From Dehalococcoidia bacterium (GTDB lineage Bacteria; Chloroflexota; Dehalococcoidia; Bin125), in NCBI GenBank assembly GCA_965217625.1, contig OZ244557.1:208082-272081 (forward strand): 64,000 nucleotides of DNA. Direction: 5' to 3'. Below the pieces are notes generated by a model. That model saw nothing but the letters and a program-made list of their open reading frames with translations, searched no databases and was not told the DNA's origin. Below, piece after piece: positions 63,087 through 64,000 of this stretch. How positions within the stretch are numbered: position 1 is the first letter of the stretch; each line of letters begins with the position of its first letter. The translations under genes were made by a program, and so were the position numbers.

Positions 63087-64000
63087 CTAGCCCGCCCGGT
63101 CGCCGCGCAGCTGACCGCAGGCGGCGGCGATGTCGCGGCCCTTCTCGGCGCGCACGGTCGCCGCGACGCCCGCCGACGTGAGCCGCGCCTCGAAGCGCAG
63201 CACCGCCGATTGGCTGGGCCGCTCCCCGATCACGCCCGGCGACGGGTTGATCGGGATCAGGTTGACGTGACAGTTGAGCCCCCGCAGCAGCCGCGCCAGC
63301 TGCGCCGCCTGCGCCGCCGAGTCGTTGACCCCCGCCAGCAGCACGTACTCGACCGACACGCGGCGCCCTGTCGTAGCGACGTGCGCCCGCGCCGCCTCGA
63401 CGATCGCCCCCAGCGACGCCGACGGCACCGGCACGAGCTCCCGCCGCAGCGCCTCGTCGGGCGCGTGCAGGCTGACGGCCAGGTTGACGCGCGGATGGTC
63501 GGCCGCGAGCCGCCGGATGCCCGGCGTCAGCCCCACCGTCGAGACGGTGATCCGGCGCGGACTCATGCCAAAGCCGTCGGCGTCCGTCAGCCGCGACAGC
63601 GCCGCGTGCGTCGCGGCGTAGTTCGCCAGCGGCTCGCCCATGCCCATGAAGACGACGTTGGTCAGGCCCGCACCCGCCTCGCCCCCGGCGTCCGCCGCCG
63701 CGATGCGCCCGATGGTCAGCACCTGCGCCAGGATCTCCCCCGCCGACAGCTGACGCCGGAAGCCCTGCGCGCCCGTCGCGCAGAAGGTGCAGCCCATCGC
63801 GCAGCCGGCCTGCGTCGAGACGCAGACCGTCCGTCGCGCCCGCCGCTTCCCGAACGGGTCGTAGCGCATCAGCACGGTCTCGATCAGCTCGCCGTCGTCC
63901 ATGCGCAGCAGCAGCTTCGTCGTGCTGCCGTCGGCGCTCGTCTGCTCCCCCACCGACGTCGCCGCGCCCACCCGCAGCTGCTGCGACAGCCGCGACCGCA
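63087..64000 (-). CDS. rlmN: 23S rRNA (adenine2503-C2)-methyltransferase RlmN (radical SAM). The 5' end lies beyond the window.
   Basis: CAMGCTFCATG radical-SAM motif and the C-terminal conserved Cys region. The frame is open to the window end. Confidence 0.85.
   Translation of the reverse strand, partial: RSRLSQQLRVGAATSVGEQTSADGSTTKLLLRMDDGELIETVLMRYDPFGKRRARRTVCVSTQAGCAMGCTFCATGAQGFRRQLSAGEILAQVLTIGRIAAADAGGEAGAGLTNVVFMGMGEPLANYAATHAALSRLTDADGFGMSPRRITVSTVGLTPGIRRLAADHPRVNLAVSLHAPDEALRRELVPVPSASLGAIVEAARAHVATTGRRVSVEYVLLAGVNDSAAQAAQLARLLRGLNCHVNLIPINPSPGVIGERPSQSAVLRFEARLTSAGVAATVRAEKGRDIAAACGQLRGDRAG

Overview
This is a high-GC (about 70%) bacterial chromosomal window. The backbone is housekeeping genes: aspS, hemW, a dipeptide-type ABC transporter (binding protein plus two permeases, no ATPase genes), tig-clpP-clpX, tlyA, nadK, a type-E succinate dehydrogenase (sdhA, sdhB, and an HdrB-like sdhE), phosphohexomutase, fumC-mdh-acn, an acyl-CoA carboxyltransferase, an M28 peptidase, hydantoinase/oxoprolinase hyuA/hyuB, an SDR, a LarE-like PP-loop enzyme, L25/Ctc and rlmN. 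Several accessory islets sit between these. (1) Three paralogous secreted leucine-rich-repeat proteins of the plant-specific class (one truncated by the window edge, one intact 968 aa, one frameshifted) lie next to an XRE-HTH::ImmA/IrrE metallopeptidase overlapping a PIN-like gene. (2) A roughly 3.6 kb low-GC island is inserted at a tRNA-Ser(TGA). It is bounded by imperfect 59-bp direct repeats and carries one giant ORF with an Mrr-like nuclease domain, a P-loop NTPase and a long helical C-terminus, which I read as a candidate single-gene Avs/STAND-like defence protein. (3) A GrdB/PrdB-family selenoprotein B homolog has an in-frame TGA at the conserved Sec position (the ORF track split it into two ORFs) and a hairpin just downstream. 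(4) Low-GC patches hold an orphan MNT nucleotidyltransferase, a possible nuclease, a 21-bp tandem-repeat gene, an orphan STAS-like (DUF4325-like) gene, a class-II Fic with an AT-rich palindromic control region, VapBC, HigBA, three orphan HicB-fold genes, and a DUF1640 paralog family with in-gene tandem repeat expansion. Many long ORFs on the opposite strand of real genes are high-GC artefacts and were rejected.
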